This document shows positions 62,268 to 64,000 of a stretch of 64,000 nt of DNA, piece after piece. The stretch lies in the NCBI RefSeq assembly GCF_963921235.1, contig NC_086108.1, positions 65,102,001 to 65,166,000 on the forward strand, given 5' to 3'. The stretch is from Mobula hypostoma (lineage: Eukaryota). The stretch's first letter is position 1; every line of letters begins with the position of its first letter. The translations under genes and the position numbers were made by a program. The notes beneath the pieces were generated by a model. The model was given only the letters and a program-made list of their open reading frames with translations. It was not told the origin of the DNA and ran no database searches.

Positions 62268-64000
62268 GAAACACACATCAAATGATACCTATAATTGTTA
62301 TTAGTTTACTGCCCCTTGAGCCCGGATGAGATAATTTAGGCTTCACAGAAGCTGCATTAAATTTCTTCAGGAAAGCTAAGGCTCCATCATATGTACAACG
62401 CTACCCTCCAGCTCTTTCCTTTGCTCTTCTGCATCAGGAGCAATACAATTCCCTCTGCCACCCTTTACTCAAACTCATAGCTTTTGCACTTCTTGTAGCA
62501 AAATGAAATTAAAGCAGTGAGGGAATAAACTTTGACATGCCATTTTGTTTTGAATCCATGACAGATAGTTAAGCTACACAAAGTACAATATAACTGTTAA
62601 GTCTAAACCATGCAGCTAATGCAGGAACGTCCAGTGAAAAAGCTAGGAAATCAGAAACTAAAGAGCCCTGCCATATATTCAGGGGCATCTTTTAACACTA
62701 TGCACACAAAGACAAGAAAGATCTAGTGTCATTGAGAAACAAATTTTCAAGTCTATGTTATGTTGACATTTTCAGTATATTTGTATGATTTTGTTGGATG
62801 CTTCCATTTGAGAGCTATAAAGTTTTCTAAAAGATCTTCTCGGGAAAGTTTTGTAAAGCCAACAGAAGAAAGTCCATTTCTTATAAATATTTTGGTAATT
62901 ATTCTCCATTAGACAAATGACTGCTGAGGATAAATAAAGATCTAAACAACTAAAAAGCTCATAATAGCAGAAGCTTGAACTAAAGTCAATGGCTGTATAT
63001 TAAATGCTGAAGGATTTAATGTTACATGCTGAAGTTATTAGTGTAAGTATGTACGTAAGCTCCAGAAAAATGTTAACCTTGATGTGTTAGATAGGCCTAA
63101 TAGTTGGAAGTAATGTTATAGTTTTCCTAACTTAGTTTATGCCATATGTTTAAAGTTCAAATGGGTTAGAATTTCTAAAACCAGAACTATAACTGTAGAT
63201 AAGTAACAATGAGTAAACAAAAAGAAAAGCAAATATTTGACATATTGTTGGTAAATCTTTGTATACTCTTAAATTTAAACAGAAATTGTAATTTGGATGA
63301 TATTTTTGAATCTTTTACTTCTAGCTCACATTTAGCATTTTGAATTTATACCAGGTGGTAACATTTATAGCCAAAATGGTTAAAATCTCATTAATTCTAT
63401 AATTACCAGGTCAAATACAGCTAGTTATTGTTTTTCAATAGTAATAGGTAGTATTAAGTCCTAATTTTTGTACGATGCTGGTTTAATACTTAGCACTGTA
63501 AGATAATTGCTTACAGACAAACCCTCTTGTTTTCCTTTCCACATCTAACATCGAAGACTGCTTCAAAGTTATAGGAACTCCTGGTGATGCTTATTTTTGA
63601 GGAACTTTTTTTCTACTCTTAATCAACATCTAACCAGATACTTTTCAAGAAACGGTCACCAAATACTCCAGAACTTGAAAGGAGAAAATTGTTCCAGAGC
63701 AAATTAAATCAATCTAAAATCACACCAAAGATGTGAATAACAGAGACAAAATACCACAGAACACAGAACATAATTCACTGGAAATTAGTTATCGGGTAGA
63801 AGACTAGCTTGAAACCCACTTCAAAGATCATATCTGTCAAATTATGTTACTAATTTTTACTAATCAATTTTCCATTGCTTTGTTTAAAGGGATTCAGTAG
63901 CAATAAGCTCTGGAGAAGTTTTGTTTCCAACTTTCTAAAAAAGCAATGTGACCATAAAATATAGATGTATAATACTAAGTGTCATTAATTAATGGAATTA

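Noticed and set aside
59000..64000. Exons of a neighbouring gene in the AT-rich end of the window
   Set aside because: No convincing splice-bounded frame or recognisable peptide was seen.

Overview
This is repeat-rich vertebrate genomic DNA. The repeat set (CR1, Penelope, V-SINE, Tc1/mariner, hAT-Charlie, Gypsy) suggests a cartilaginous fish, probably a ray; that assignment is inference. The only host gene I recognise is the 3' end of NFIA on the + strand. It consists of the distal part of a >14 kb last intron, the terminal exon at 14428 (read as SWYLG* in one frame and [24 protein letters not shown] in another), and a ~5.7 kb transposon-free 3' UTR ending near the AATAAA at 20174. That UTR carries seed sites for miR-223, miR-153, miR-124, miR-29 and others. 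The rest is intergenic DNA with nested transposons: a decayed Gypsy element split by a young Tc1, an old CR1 split by a hAT that is itself split twice, and a young Penelope element. The Penelope has an inverted duplication, a captured CR1 fragment and a minimal hammerhead ribozyme. There are also hammerhead-bearing non-autonomous Penelope derivatives, multi-TIR mariner MITEs and a Harbinger relic. I found no clearly new autonomous biological system. The best leads are candidate alternative NFIA terminal exons, the hammerhead-bearing elements and the Penelope/CR1 chimera. Family names come from recalled motifs, not database searches, and many repeat boundaries are approximate.
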